A stretch of DNA of 64,000 bases from the IMG/VR virus record IMGVR_UViG_3300010396_000007, positions 1 through 64,000 of that record. One strand, written 5' to 3'. Shown in pieces: positions 27,998 through 35,790 of this stretch. The position numbers were made by a program, and so were the translations under genes. The notes beneath the pieces were generated by a model. That model had not been told where the DNA came from. It was given only the letters and a program-made list of their open reading frames with translations, and ran no database searches. Source of the DNA: a virus. The first letter of the stretch is position 1; every line of letters begins with the position of its first letter.

Positions 27998-28610
27998 ACA
28001 TCTGTGATAATTTAGTGTACTCTACTAATTTACACCATGTTTTAAATTCTTCGTCTGAAAGCGGTCCCTTCATTCTATTGATAACTTTGTGGACCCATTG
28101 AATATTATCAACCGTGTATCCTTTGCTAGAATCTTTTCTATCTAAAGAAGCTGTGAAATCTGAATAATCAGGATTACTATTTAACAATTTCGAGGAAAGA
28201 TTAATAGGAACACCTGACAAAGCACAAGTTCCGTTTTGTCGGACAAATTGTTCCCATGCCTGTTCGATTGTCAAGTCAAAAGATATATCTCTCTTTTTAG
28301 CTCCCTCTCTAATACCTGCCCACACAGTTTTAGTCAAGTCACCAATACCTTCATGCGGACGTTTGCAAAAATAACCATTACTATTAGTTTTGACAGTCTC
28401 TTTAGCAGAGCACTTTTTACAACAAGTGCTTCTACCAGATTCAACATGATCTATTCGGCGGACTCCTTTGTAACCACACGAACATTCAACAGTATAGCAT
28501 TTTCGTCTGTTATGTAGAATTGTTCCCGTGATTTTCCATTTAGTTTCCACAGGAACCGCCTTTTGTCCAGTCGCAAATATCTCCTTGTTCATAAAAAATC
28601 TTTCCTTCAT
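27996..28610 (-). CDS. HNH-type homing endonuclease next to nrdJ
   Basis: CALSG..ASLDRKDSSKGYTVDNIQWVHK..N.MK. Confidence 0.85.
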   Translation of the reverse strand: MKERFFMNKEIFATGQKAVPVETKWKITGTILHNRRKCYTVECSCGYKGVRRIDHVESGRSTCCKKCSAKETVKTNSNGYFCKRPHEGIGDLTKTVWAGIREGAKKRDISFDLTIEQAWEQFVRQNGTCALSGVPINLSSKLLNSNPDYSDFTASLDRKDSSKGYTVDNIQWVHKVINRMKGPLSDEEFKTWCKLVEYTKLSQM

Positions 28611-30201
28611 GTTTGATAGCTGTGTTAAATTTCACCGCATTGAGAGGTTGTCCCGAACGCGCACCATCTGGGTAGCATGTAATTCCACGAAGGTTGGGCA
28701 GATGTTTCAAGAGCATTTCTCCAAAAGATTTTACTCTATCTTCGTTATTGAACTCACTTCCCCACGCTGGTAAATTTAAAGTGCTACTGATCCCATGATC
28801 GACGTATTGTTGAAGCCAAACTTGGAATTCAATTCTCCTAGTAGGATTCTCAGCTAGCGAATACGCATCTTCAATACTTTCAGGCGAGATTCCAGTTTCA
28901 ACTAGACGTTTTACAATTGGGTCAATAACGTATTGGTATTCCCATGTTCTGCCATTTAGATAACGTCTTTTGTAAGCACAGCAAAATATAGGCTCCATAC
29001 CAGATGTTGTTTCCGCAGCTATACTTATCGTACCCGTTGGCGCGATAGCTCTTGTCTTAACAGAATGGGACAGGCTCCATTGGTCTTCAATGCTGTGTGC
29101 GATTCCTGTACTTTGTGCATAAATCTCCAAATACTTCGCTAGGTCATCATCCGGCCCGTATTGTTTACCGTGTTTGACTAGCCACTCGTGGATTCCCATG
29201 AGTCCCAAACCAAGTCTACGGTTGTCTCTACGCACATCGGCAACTTTGTCGTAGGGCACATGTGAGTACTCAGTACCCGCAACCAATAGAGCAGTCCCGA
29301 CTTCAACACATGCCTGCATGTCCGCGAGGGTATGAATGCGAGCAAGGTTGAGACTGAGCAAATTACAAATGTCGCTATCCGTATCGCTAGTAACTTCAGT
29401 GCAAGCATTTCTTAGGTGTTCTCCTTCATTCTCGCCAGTGTCGATACTGAATCCCGGTTCCCCGGTGCTCACCATCTGTCTGACGGTTTCCCAGTACACC
29501 TTATAAGCATGAAGGTGTTTGGGATGATTCTTGTCATTATACGCTTTAAAGAACTCGCCGTCAAGTCGTACCGATACGTTCGTACCGTCCATGGGGGCAG
29601 GGAAGTTGAAATCCTGAGCCTTAAGTGCTCGTACCTCGGGGGACCAATCTTTCATATGAATAAACTTGAAAATGTCTGGATGATCCCATCCTAAACCGGC
29701 CCATATAGCACTTCTACGGCTTCCTCCTTGCATTATATATCTACCGGCCTCGTTTACCATTGCTTGAAGGGCTAGAGGGCCGGTAGCATGGCCCCCTGTT
29801 CGTTTAATGAGTGCTCCCTCCTCTCTGACACGGGAATATTCGATCCCGATTCCCGCGCCACTCATTAGCGCCATGGAAGCGTTGTGCATAATCTCTGACC
29901 ATCCCTCACGGCTATCTTCGGCTCGCATGAGTAGGCAGTTTTGAACTTGGTGGTAATCTCTCCCGGCTGCATACAAGTATCTCCCACCGGGTATAATTTG
30001 TCGCATTGCTATGCGATAGGTTAATTCATCTATCAAGTCTCTTTTGGCTGGCACCGCTGAAAATACACTCTCTGATACTCTCGATGCAATTTCAGGCCAT
30101 GTTTGTCTGTCATCTAGTGTTGGAAATTTGGCGTACTTATTATTAATAGTAGTTTGTGCGAACGTACTAAATACCTGTGATTGCGGGTCTACTGCCTGCA
30201 T
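28540..30201 (-). CDS. nrdJ: Ribonucleotide reductase, class II (B12-dependent)
   Basis: PGGRYL, NC, RRSA, GEPG, NACTE, CNL, APTGT, C-terminal Cys pair; no NrdB seen. Confidence 0.88.
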   Translation of the reverse strand: MQAVDPQSQVFSTFAQTTINNKYAKFPTLDDRQTWPEIASRVSESVFSAVPAKRDLIDELTYRIAMRQIIPGGRYLYAAGRDYHQVQNCLLMRAEDSREGWSEIMHNASMALMSGAGIGIEYSRVREEGALIKRTGGHATGPLALQAMVNEAGRYIMQGGSRRSAIWAGLGWDHPDIFKFIHMKDWSPEVRALKAQDFNFPAPMDGTNVSVRLDGEFFKAYNDKNHPKHLHAYKVYWETVRQMVSTGEPGFSIDTGENEGEHLRNACTEVTSDTDSDICNLLSLNLARIHTLADMQACVEVGTALLVAGTEYSHVPYDKVADVRRDNRRLGLGLMGIHEWLVKHGKQYGPDDDLAKYLEIYAQSTGIAHSIEDQWSLSHSVKTRAIAPTGTISIAAETTSGMEPIFCCAYKRRYLNGRTWEYQYVIDPIVKRLVETGISPESIEDAYSLAENPTRRIEFQVWLQQYVDHGISSTLNLPAWGSEFNNEDRVKSFGEMLLKHLPNLRGITCYPDGARSGQPLNAVKFNTAIKHEGKIFYEQGDICDWTKGGSCGN

Positions 30202-30321
30202 TGATTCTCCCTGTATTGTTTACTACATCGTGCAAAGACACGAAAAGCCGGGTAACCTGTGAGGGCTACCCGGAGTTAAATCTACCATCGGAGATGGCGC
30301 TACAGTTAGTAGCTTTTCTGG

Positions 30322-30741
30322 TTACTTAAAGAATGTGTGGTGACCGATTACTACTGTGATTGGGTGTTGAAGCTTATCAGCAACGATATGGTTGAAAAAC
30401 CATCCACTCGTTGTGTTCTTGAGGTTGGCATAGTAATGAGCGCCGAGTGTATTGTCTACATCCTGTCCTGAAAGGACTAGCTGTGCTAGATTCTCACATG
30501 CCGCATAGATTTTATCACCCGGTTTCGGCTGTAGGTTAAACTCTGGATCAGAAATTACAGACATACTAGTAAAAGCATTCTTCTGATAAATCACATTATG
30601 CAAAGTAGAAGGAAAATCTTTGGCACCTACGCGATTAGCTATTACATGCATGACCGCTCTACATCCCTCTACACCTTCTCCTCTAGCTTCCTTCCATGTC
30701 ACAAGAGCTAGGTTATCTACATCTACATTATCGAATGTCAT
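30322..30741 (-). CDS. SleB-family cell wall hydrolase (endolysin)
   Basis: EARGE..V..VIANR..AF, GAHYY, IGHHTF. Confidence 0.85.
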   Translation of the reverse strand: MTFDNVDVDNLALVTWKEARGEGVEGCRAVMHVIANRVGAKDFPSTLHNVIYQKNAFTSMSVISDPEFNLQPKPGDKIYAACENLAQLVLSGQDVDNTLGAHYYANLKNTTSGWFFNHIVADKLQHPITVVIGHHTFFK

Positions 30742-30757
30742 TTGTTCCTTAAATCTT

Positions 30758-30832
30758 TGGCATGAGATGAACGATTTGCACGCTCGCCCTAACGCTTTGG
30801 AGGCGTAGATGCTGCTGTTACACCAATCTCAT
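30758..30832 (-). tRNA. tRNA-Trp(CCA), atypical T-loop
   Basis: Loop CTCCAAA; T-loop TGCAAAT; CCA end. Confidence 0.8.
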
Positions 30833-30833
30833 A

Positions 30834-30909
30834 TGGAGCCTGCGGAGGGAATCGAACCCCCGACATTCTGTTTACAAAACAGATGCTCTACCAACTGAGC
30901 TACACAGGC
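30834..30909 (-). tRNA. tRNA-Thr(TGT)
   Basis: Canonical cloverleaf; CCA end. Confidence 0.93.
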
Positions 30910-30988
30910 CGGTTTTAGGTTTTTTACAAGGTTTATACCTTTATCCTTGATTAGTCACTCCTAAAAATTGATGAGAATGATCCTAATA

Positions 30989-31063
30989 TGGAGCGGAATA
31001 CCCGACTTGAACGGGTGCCTTTGGTTTGGAAGACCACGATGCTACCACTAACACCAATCCCGC
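30989..31063 (-). tRNA. tRNA-Gly(TCC)
   Basis: Loop CTTCCAA; U73-CCA. Confidence 0.88.
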
Positions 31064-31071
31064 TTTAAATT

Positions 31072-31145
31072 TGGCACCGGGGCAGAGATTCGAACTCCAA
31101 TAAGCAGCTTCAAAGACTGCCGTCCTTCCATTGAACGAACCCGGT
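31072..31145 (-). tRNA. tRNA-Gln(TTG)
   Basis: Loop CTTTGAA; TTCGAAT; GCCA end. Confidence 0.85.
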
Positions 31146-31146
31146 A

Positions 31147-31299
31147 TTATGTACAGTCTTCCCTGTACTTTCTACAGGCAAGACATTTACAATCATTCTC
31201 GTGTTGGGCGCGATACAAATGACAAATGATAAGCTTTTGACTATTAAAAATAGTCGCAATTATTGCCCATATGAAGAATATAACTATAAAGAATCCCAT
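31147..31299 (-). CDS. Small membrane peptide (50 aa) inside the tRNA cluster
   Basis: AAGGA SD; hydrophobic N-half, Cys-rich C-half. Confidence 0.5.
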   Translation of the reverse strand: MGFFIVIFFIWAIIATIFNSQKLIICHLYRAQHENDCKCLACRKYREDCT

Positions 31300-31310
31300 T
31301 ATTTCCTTTC

Positions 31311-31384
31311 TGGCACCCAGTCATGGATTTGCACCACGATTCACGGATTCAGAATCCGCTGTCCTGCTGTTGAACGAACTAGGT
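31311..31384 (-). tRNA. tRNA-Gln(CTG), atypical T-loop
   Basis: Loop TTCTGAA; T-loop TGCAAAT. Confidence 0.82.
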
Positions 31385-31386
31385 AT

Positions 31387-31462
31387 TGGCGGTTCCAGCG
31401 GGATTCGAACCCGCACCTTTCACCTTGACAAGATGGCATCCTAGCCGTTAGACCATGAAACC
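31387..31462 (-). tRNA. tRNA-Asp(GTC)
   Basis: Loop TTGTCAA; G73-CCA. Confidence 0.9.
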
Positions 31463-31463
31463 G

Positions 31464-31539
31464 TGGTGGACCCATCCGGCTCTGCCCCGGACGCCCCCTG
31501 ATTGCAAATCAGGCGCTCTCCTAAATGAGCTATAGGCCC
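31464..31539 (-). tRNA. tRNA-Ala(TGC), atypical T-loop
   Basis: G3:U70, A73, loop TTTGCAA, T-loop GGCAGAG. Confidence 0.85.
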
Positions 31540-31541
31540 AC

Positions 31542-32270
31542 TTAAAACCCAAATACATGTGCTACTAAACCGCTCACAAGTCCTAGACCGTATCCGATAC
31601 CAAATGCTTTCAACTTACCTTTACGCGCCTGTGCTTTAGTAGCATTCAATTCTGCTGTACACGCTTTATCTTTGTCAGTCAGTTGAAGCTGTAAACCATT
31701 TACTACAATCTTTCCTTGCCCGATTAAATCATTTGCGCTAGCTACATCCTTCTGTAACGCTGCTGTTTTTGACTGCTCATCCGCAAGGTCAGCTTTTAAG
31801 ACAGGAACTTGTTCAAGATTCTGCACAGTCGTAAGAGCGGCTGAGTCGGAAACTGTATATCCAGTGGCAACTGGAACTACACCAGAATCACCTACAAGTC
31901 CCTGCCATCTTTGCGCCAACTGAGAAGGTGGCATTGCTGCATCAGCTTTCTGCTGTACAACTACTACTCTATCTCTAGATACTTGCGCAGTCGTTAAAGT
32001 TGCAATTTCTTTTGTAGCTGCTGCCAATTGAGTCTGGTAATCTGATAGCATTCCCTTCGCCGTAGCTAGGTCTGCATCATTTTTAGCTTTCTGTGCATCA
32101 AGCACTTTCTCAGCCTGTGTTGCTTTATGTTGTTCCCATGATGCCACAATACCGAGAGTCTTATTTACGACTAAAAAAGAGACAAATAAAACAGCGAAGA
32201 TGATAAGAAGCCTTTCATGCTTCTGAAGCCACGTCTTTGCAATCTGTACATCCTTCGCTACTGTTTCCAT
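31542..32270 (-). CDS. Membrane-anchored coiled-coil protein (spanin-like)
   Basis: N-terminal TM, long coiled coil, hydrophobic C-terminus; near endolysin. Confidence 0.5.
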   Translation of the reverse strand: METVAKDVQIAKTWLQKHERLLIIFAVLFVSFLVVNKTLGIVASWEQHKATQAEKVLDAQKAKNDADLATAKGMLSDYQTQLAAATKEIATLTTAQVSRDRVVVVQQKADAAMPPSQLAQRWQGLVGDSGVVPVATGYTVSDSAALTTVQNLEQVPVLKADLADEQSKTAALQKDVASANDLIGQGKIVVNGLQLQLTDKDKACTAELNATKAQARKGKLKAFGIGYGLGLVSGLVAHVFGF

Positions 32271-32700
32271 TGTACTCCTTCAAATAATTAATAGCATTTT
32301 CGAGAATTTTTATACTATCTTGAAAAGCTCCTAGGCCCATATTACAAACATTACATAATAATGCTCTTACACAAGTGCCACAGCTTTTCTTTCCCCTACA
32401 GCAAGAATGGTCATGGTCGATGTAGTATAGTTCCTTTTCGTTAAAGAGTTTACCACAAATTTTACATTTCCCATTTTGTTTCTGTAGAATAGCAGATAAT
32501 TTTTCTTCTGTCAAGCCGTAATTGCTTTTTATGGCAACAATTTTCGCTCGTTGCTTATTCTCTTGGTAATACTCTTTGCCTCTAACTTTACGACAAAGTT
32601 TGCATCCCCTTTCATTGGTATGCTTACCTTTATAGAGGTTTTCCTCTATTCTTAGGTGTCCGCGTTTACAATGTGTTGCTTTATATCCCTTTACAGGCAT
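32215..32700 (-). CDS. Endonuclease VII-family homing endonuclease
   Basis: THCKRGH; YGLT..QNGKCKIC..DHDH..VRALLC..CN. Confidence 0.85.
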   Translation of the reverse strand: MPVKGYKATHCKRGHLRIEENLYKGKHTNERGCKLCRKVRGKEYYQENKQRAKIVAIKSNYGLTEEKLSAILQKQNGKCKICGKLFNEKELYYIDHDHSCCRGKKSCGTCVRALLCNVCNMGLGAFQDSIKILENAINYLKEYNGNSSEGCTDCKDVASEA

Positions 32701-32702
32701 AA

Positions 32703-32981
32703 TTACTCGTCAAAGTCTTCGTATCGTTCAATATTTTGTTCTGTTCGCCCACTGATCCCCTCCTGTCGGCTTGGTGTTTCTACAATAGGGAATTTTGAAG
32801 GAACTTGTGTATCAGAACGGATAGTTCCATATCGTTCTACCTGCGTGCTATGTCCACCAAAATATGAAACGCCACACCATCTCTCAAATTGATACCATCC
32901 TCCGTCTTCATATTCCCTTTCCCCAAGAGGACCACCTTCTAACGGTTTATGGTCTGGGTCAATTTTGATCTTCTTAGCCAT
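32703..32981 (-). CDS. Hypothetical protein
   Basis: AGGAG SD before ATG 32981. Confidence 0.55.
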   Translation of the reverse strand: MAKKIKIDPDHKPLEGGPLGEREYEDGGWYQFERWCGVSYFGGHSTQVERYGTIRSDTQVPSKFPIVETPSRQEGISGRTEQNIERYEDFDE

Positions 32982-32988
32982 ATTGCTC

Positions 32989-33141
32989 CTACTTCTTACG
33001 CTTTGCTTTCTTTCCGCCACCTGCTCGACGCTGTACGTCAAGGGCAATGGCAATCGCCTGCTTACGCGGCTTTCCTGCTTCAATTTCAGCTTTGTAGTTT
33101 TTTCCTACGGCTGCTTTACTTTTGCTCTTTAATAGTGGCAT
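32989..33141 (-). CDS. Small basic phage protein (MPL.K...GKP.KQA.AIAL type)
   Basis: MPLLKSKSKAAVGKNYKAEIEAGKPRKQAIAIALDVQRRAGGGKKAKRKK; GGAGG SD; missing from ORF track. Confidence 0.7.
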   Translation of the reverse strand: MPLLKSKSKAAVGKNYKAEIEAGKPRKQAIAIALDVQRRAGGGKKAKRKK

Positions 33142-33493
33142 TTTCCTCCGCTTTTCTCTCTGCTTCAATTTCTAGCTGAAGAATAGCAAGTGCTCTCCAC
33201 GCCATCTTTGCGCTATGACGTTGACCATCATTGTCAATCGTACCTGCTTCCATCAAATGACGAACCATCGTATCCTCTTGGTCTGTAGACTTCTCCTTGG
33301 CCCAATGTAAAGGTTCGCCGGGATTGTGCTGCTCATTACCTGCGAATGATACCTTAGCAATTTCAGCCAAAGCATCTGGAAAATATTTGATTACCCCTGA
33401 ATAAATAGGAATGCGCTTACGTTCTTTCGCATCCGTTGGCAGTTTGACACCTGTACTCAATGTATATCTCCTCCCCACCAAAGCCGGGTCCAC
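33116..33493 (-). CDS. dATP/dGTP diphosphohydrolase (DUF5664-like)
   Basis: FPDAL..IA.VS..G..QH, RHL, H.A..AWRALA.L. Confidence 0.8.
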   Translation of the reverse strand: MDPALVGRRYTLSTGVKLPTDAKERKRIPIYSGVIKYFPDALAEIAKVSFAGNEQHNPGEPLHWAKEKSTDQEDTMVRHLMEAGTIDNDGQRHSAKMAWRALAILQLEIEAERKAEENATIKEQK

Positions 33494-33651
33494 CAGTTAT
33501 AATGGACTACTCGAAGCTTGGCACAATCACGATATAAAAGTCTATATCGAGTTTTGCCGTCCATGAAAGTGTCTCCGACATTAATATCGCAGAATGCTTC
33601 CACATTTTTAGTGACATAAAATGGAAACAAATCAAGGATAAAATCAAGCAT
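33457..33651 (-). CDS. Small hypothetical protein
   Basis: Coupled ORF. Confidence 0.5.
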   Translation of the reverse strand: MLDFILDLFPFYVTKNVEAFCDINVGDTFMDGKTRYRLLYRDCAKLRVVHYNWWTRLWWGGDIH

Positions 33652-34937
33652 TAATCTAACTCCGTATGAATGAATTCCGCGATTCTACCGTACTCTTTGT
33701 TCCAAACAATTGCCTCTGCTTGACGAAGGTTGCCTACAAAATGCTCCGCGCTGTGCCAAGCATCGGGAGGACAGAGGGCTGCAAATGTTCGCACTCTAAC
33801 GCCGAACTTTTCATCTACCTTCAACCCATGTGTATGTCCGATGTGGATTTCACGAAAGAACGTTTCGCCAAAATCTTGAGGACGCTCTGTTGCCATCCAT
33901 AGACCGTAGTCAGCTTTCTTGCCTTTATCACCGTGAGTGAATCCCAGAAGAACCTTGCCCCAACGATAGAACTTATGTGGGCTAGGTGCGTTGTCAATTT
34001 CCACGTCATCATAGTTATGGAAATAACATTCTAGGGAATCTCCTAGTGTAAACGTGCTCTGCGTATCATGGTTACCCGGAATGACCTTCACTACCACCTT
34101 CTTACAAAGAGGGCGAAGTCTTTCAATTGTACGACAAATCATCTCACGTACTGCTTTATAGGTCTTCTGGTAACGAGTGTCGCTACTTACCAGTGTTCCC
34201 TTTGTGGTCTGACTGTTGTAATCATCCGAGTTGAGTAAGTCGTTCCCTACTCCTAACAGGATTTCGTCAAACACGTATCCTTGGGCGCGATCTAAAATCG
34301 TCTGTACCGCACGCTCATATGTCTCAATAGCGGTAGGAGTGTCGTAATCTTCGTGGAGTGTTTCCTTCGCCCACGCGAATTTACCGGCATGAAGGTCTGG
34401 AATCAACATCTCTAGACAATTTTTTGACTTCACCCCGGACTTCACCACTACAGGAGGAAGATGTGCAGCAAGTTTAGCCGCTTTCTTTAAATCCTCAATC
34501 TCCGCGCGTGCATCTACAATGTTCTGCTTCTTAACGAAAGTGGCTTTAACCTGATACAACGGGATATAGCTTGCTACTTTATCTTCCTGCGGTCCAGTAG
34601 TATAGCCCATTTCCCATTTGTTAGCAATAAAGCGCTCAACTTGCCAAACACCTAAGTCTACATCGAATTGCTTAACAAGTTCGTCAAGGCTTTTGATTCT
34701 ACTGACTAGTGACAAATCCCATTTATCATCATGGAACGTTTGTTGCACAGACTCATCCGATGTGTGACCAGATGCAGCCGCTACGAAGTCTGTAAATGTA
34801 GGAAAATACTTCCGATATAATTCCGGGTATGCCCCTTCTTTTCTATAAAAGTCTCGTGTGACCTTAGTATGTTTAGCTAGAAGCTTTTGCATATCTGCAA
34901 TCAATGCTTCCTTTGACGTATCGTTTACGCTACTCAT
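33651..34937 (-). CDS. Calcineurin-like metallophosphoesterase
   Basis: DLH, GND, GNHD, THGD, GHTH. Confidence 0.85.
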   Translation of the reverse strand: MSSVNDTSKEALIADMQKLLAKHTKVTRDFYRKEGAYPELYRKYFPTFTDFVAAASGHTSDESVQQTFHDDKWDLSLVSRIKSLDELVKQFDVDLGVWQVERFIANKWEMGYTTGPQEDKVASYIPLYQVKATFVKKQNIVDARAEIEDLKKAAKLAAHLPPVVVKSGVKSKNCLEMLIPDLHAGKFAWAKETLHEDYDTPTAIETYERAVQTILDRAQGYVFDEILLGVGNDLLNSDDYNSQTTKGTLVSSDTRYQKTYKAVREMICRTIERLRPLCKKVVVKVIPGNHDTQSTFTLGDSLECYFHNYDDVEIDNAPSPHKFYRWGKVLLGFTHGDKGKKADYGLWMATERPQDFGETFFREIHIGHTHGLKVDEKFGVRVRTFAALCPPDAWHSAEHFVGNLRQAEAIVWNKEYGRIAEFIHTELD

Positions 34938-34969
34938 TACCCTCCGATTGAATTTTTAACTACACACCA

Positions 34970-34998
34970 AGTATACCACACATGGCTTTGTTTGTCAA
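34970..34998 (-). promoter_or_regulatory. Sigma70-type promoter driving the nucleotide/tRNA/lysis block
   Basis: TTGACA-17-(TG)-TATACT on - strand. Confidence 0.75.
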
Positions 34999-35361
34999 TT
35001 ATTTCTTTCGTGCTGCCTTTTTGCGCTTGGCGCGAACGGGCATAAGGGCGGCAGGTTGCTGCATCTGTTGCATTTGTTGCATCATCATTACCGGGGCGTA
35101 GAACGTTCTAAAGTCTTGTCTCTGCTCGGATAATGCTGTAGCAATGGTTGATGTTTGACTTTTAATGTCCTCTCTCAAACCTGTAATATGTACATCCATG
35201 GAATTTTTTAGCTCTACTACATTATTATCAATACTCGTGAATTTATTCTTAATCCATGTAATCACTTTAAACACTCCAATAATGAACCCAGAGAATGTTG
35301 CTATACCACCAGCGATTTTGAGAATCAATAAAATTGTAGCAAGTGAAATAAAATCCGGCAT
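34999..35361 (-). CDS. Membrane protein (holin candidate)
   Basis: N-terminal TM, coiled coil, basic tail. Confidence 0.45.
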   Translation of the reverse strand: MPDFISLATILLILKIAGGIATFSGFIIGVFKVITWIKNKFTSIDNNVVELKNSMDVHITGLREDIKSQTSTIATALSEQRQDFRTFYAPVMMMQQMQQMQQPAALMPVRAKRKKAARKK

Positions 35362-35373
35362 TACTTCTCCAAT

Positions 35374-35781
35374 CTATCGAAAAAGCATTAAGCTATTCAT
35401 GTTGCCCACTTTTGGATGAGCAAATGAGTCACTTAAAATTTTATCTTGGAACCACGGGTTATCAATTGGTTTGGCGGTATCGCACCAATATAACGCTCCT
35501 TTAGCGTAGTCTTGAGAGCCATCATAGATAGCTTCAACTTCATGGAGGAGTCTTACAAATGCCATATCCCAAATGGAAGGTACACCTGAAGGCTGCTCGA
35601 TAGTAGCAGAATACTTAGGTATACTATCAACAATATCTAACCAGTTTCCCCATCCTAAACGCTGACGGTTAGCAAGACATGACATTATCATGCAACTTGC
35701 TAGATGGCCTCCGTACTCACGTCCATGTTTCCATCCCGCGAGTACGAGTTGACCTTTTTGAAAATCATCCTGTCTGAGCAA
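35374..35781 (-). CDS. Divergent SleB-like paralogue lacking the catalytic Glu
   Basis: Aligns by eye to 30322-30741 (WK.., ANR, GALY, WF, HP). Confidence 0.6.
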   Translation of the reverse strand: MLRQDDFQKGQLVLAGWKHGREYGGHLASCMIMSCLANRQRLGWGNWLDIVDSIPKYSATIEQPSGVPSIWDMAFVRLLHEVEAIYDGSQDYAKGALYWCDTAKPIDNPWFQDKILSDSFAHPKVGNMNSLMLFR

Positions 35782-35790
35782 TCTCTCTCC

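Noticed and set aside
30202-30321. Cobalamin riboswitch before nrdJ
   Set aside because: Too short and lacks the B12-box consensus; kept only as a generic attenuator candidate
30910-30988. tRNA-associated ribozyme in the spacer
   Set aside because: AT-rich, only a weak hairpin, no HDV-like double pseudoknot
33116-33493. DUF5664 plus MazG as a sign of a Z-base or deazaguanine genome
   Set aside because: No PurZ, DpdA or Que genes recognised in the window
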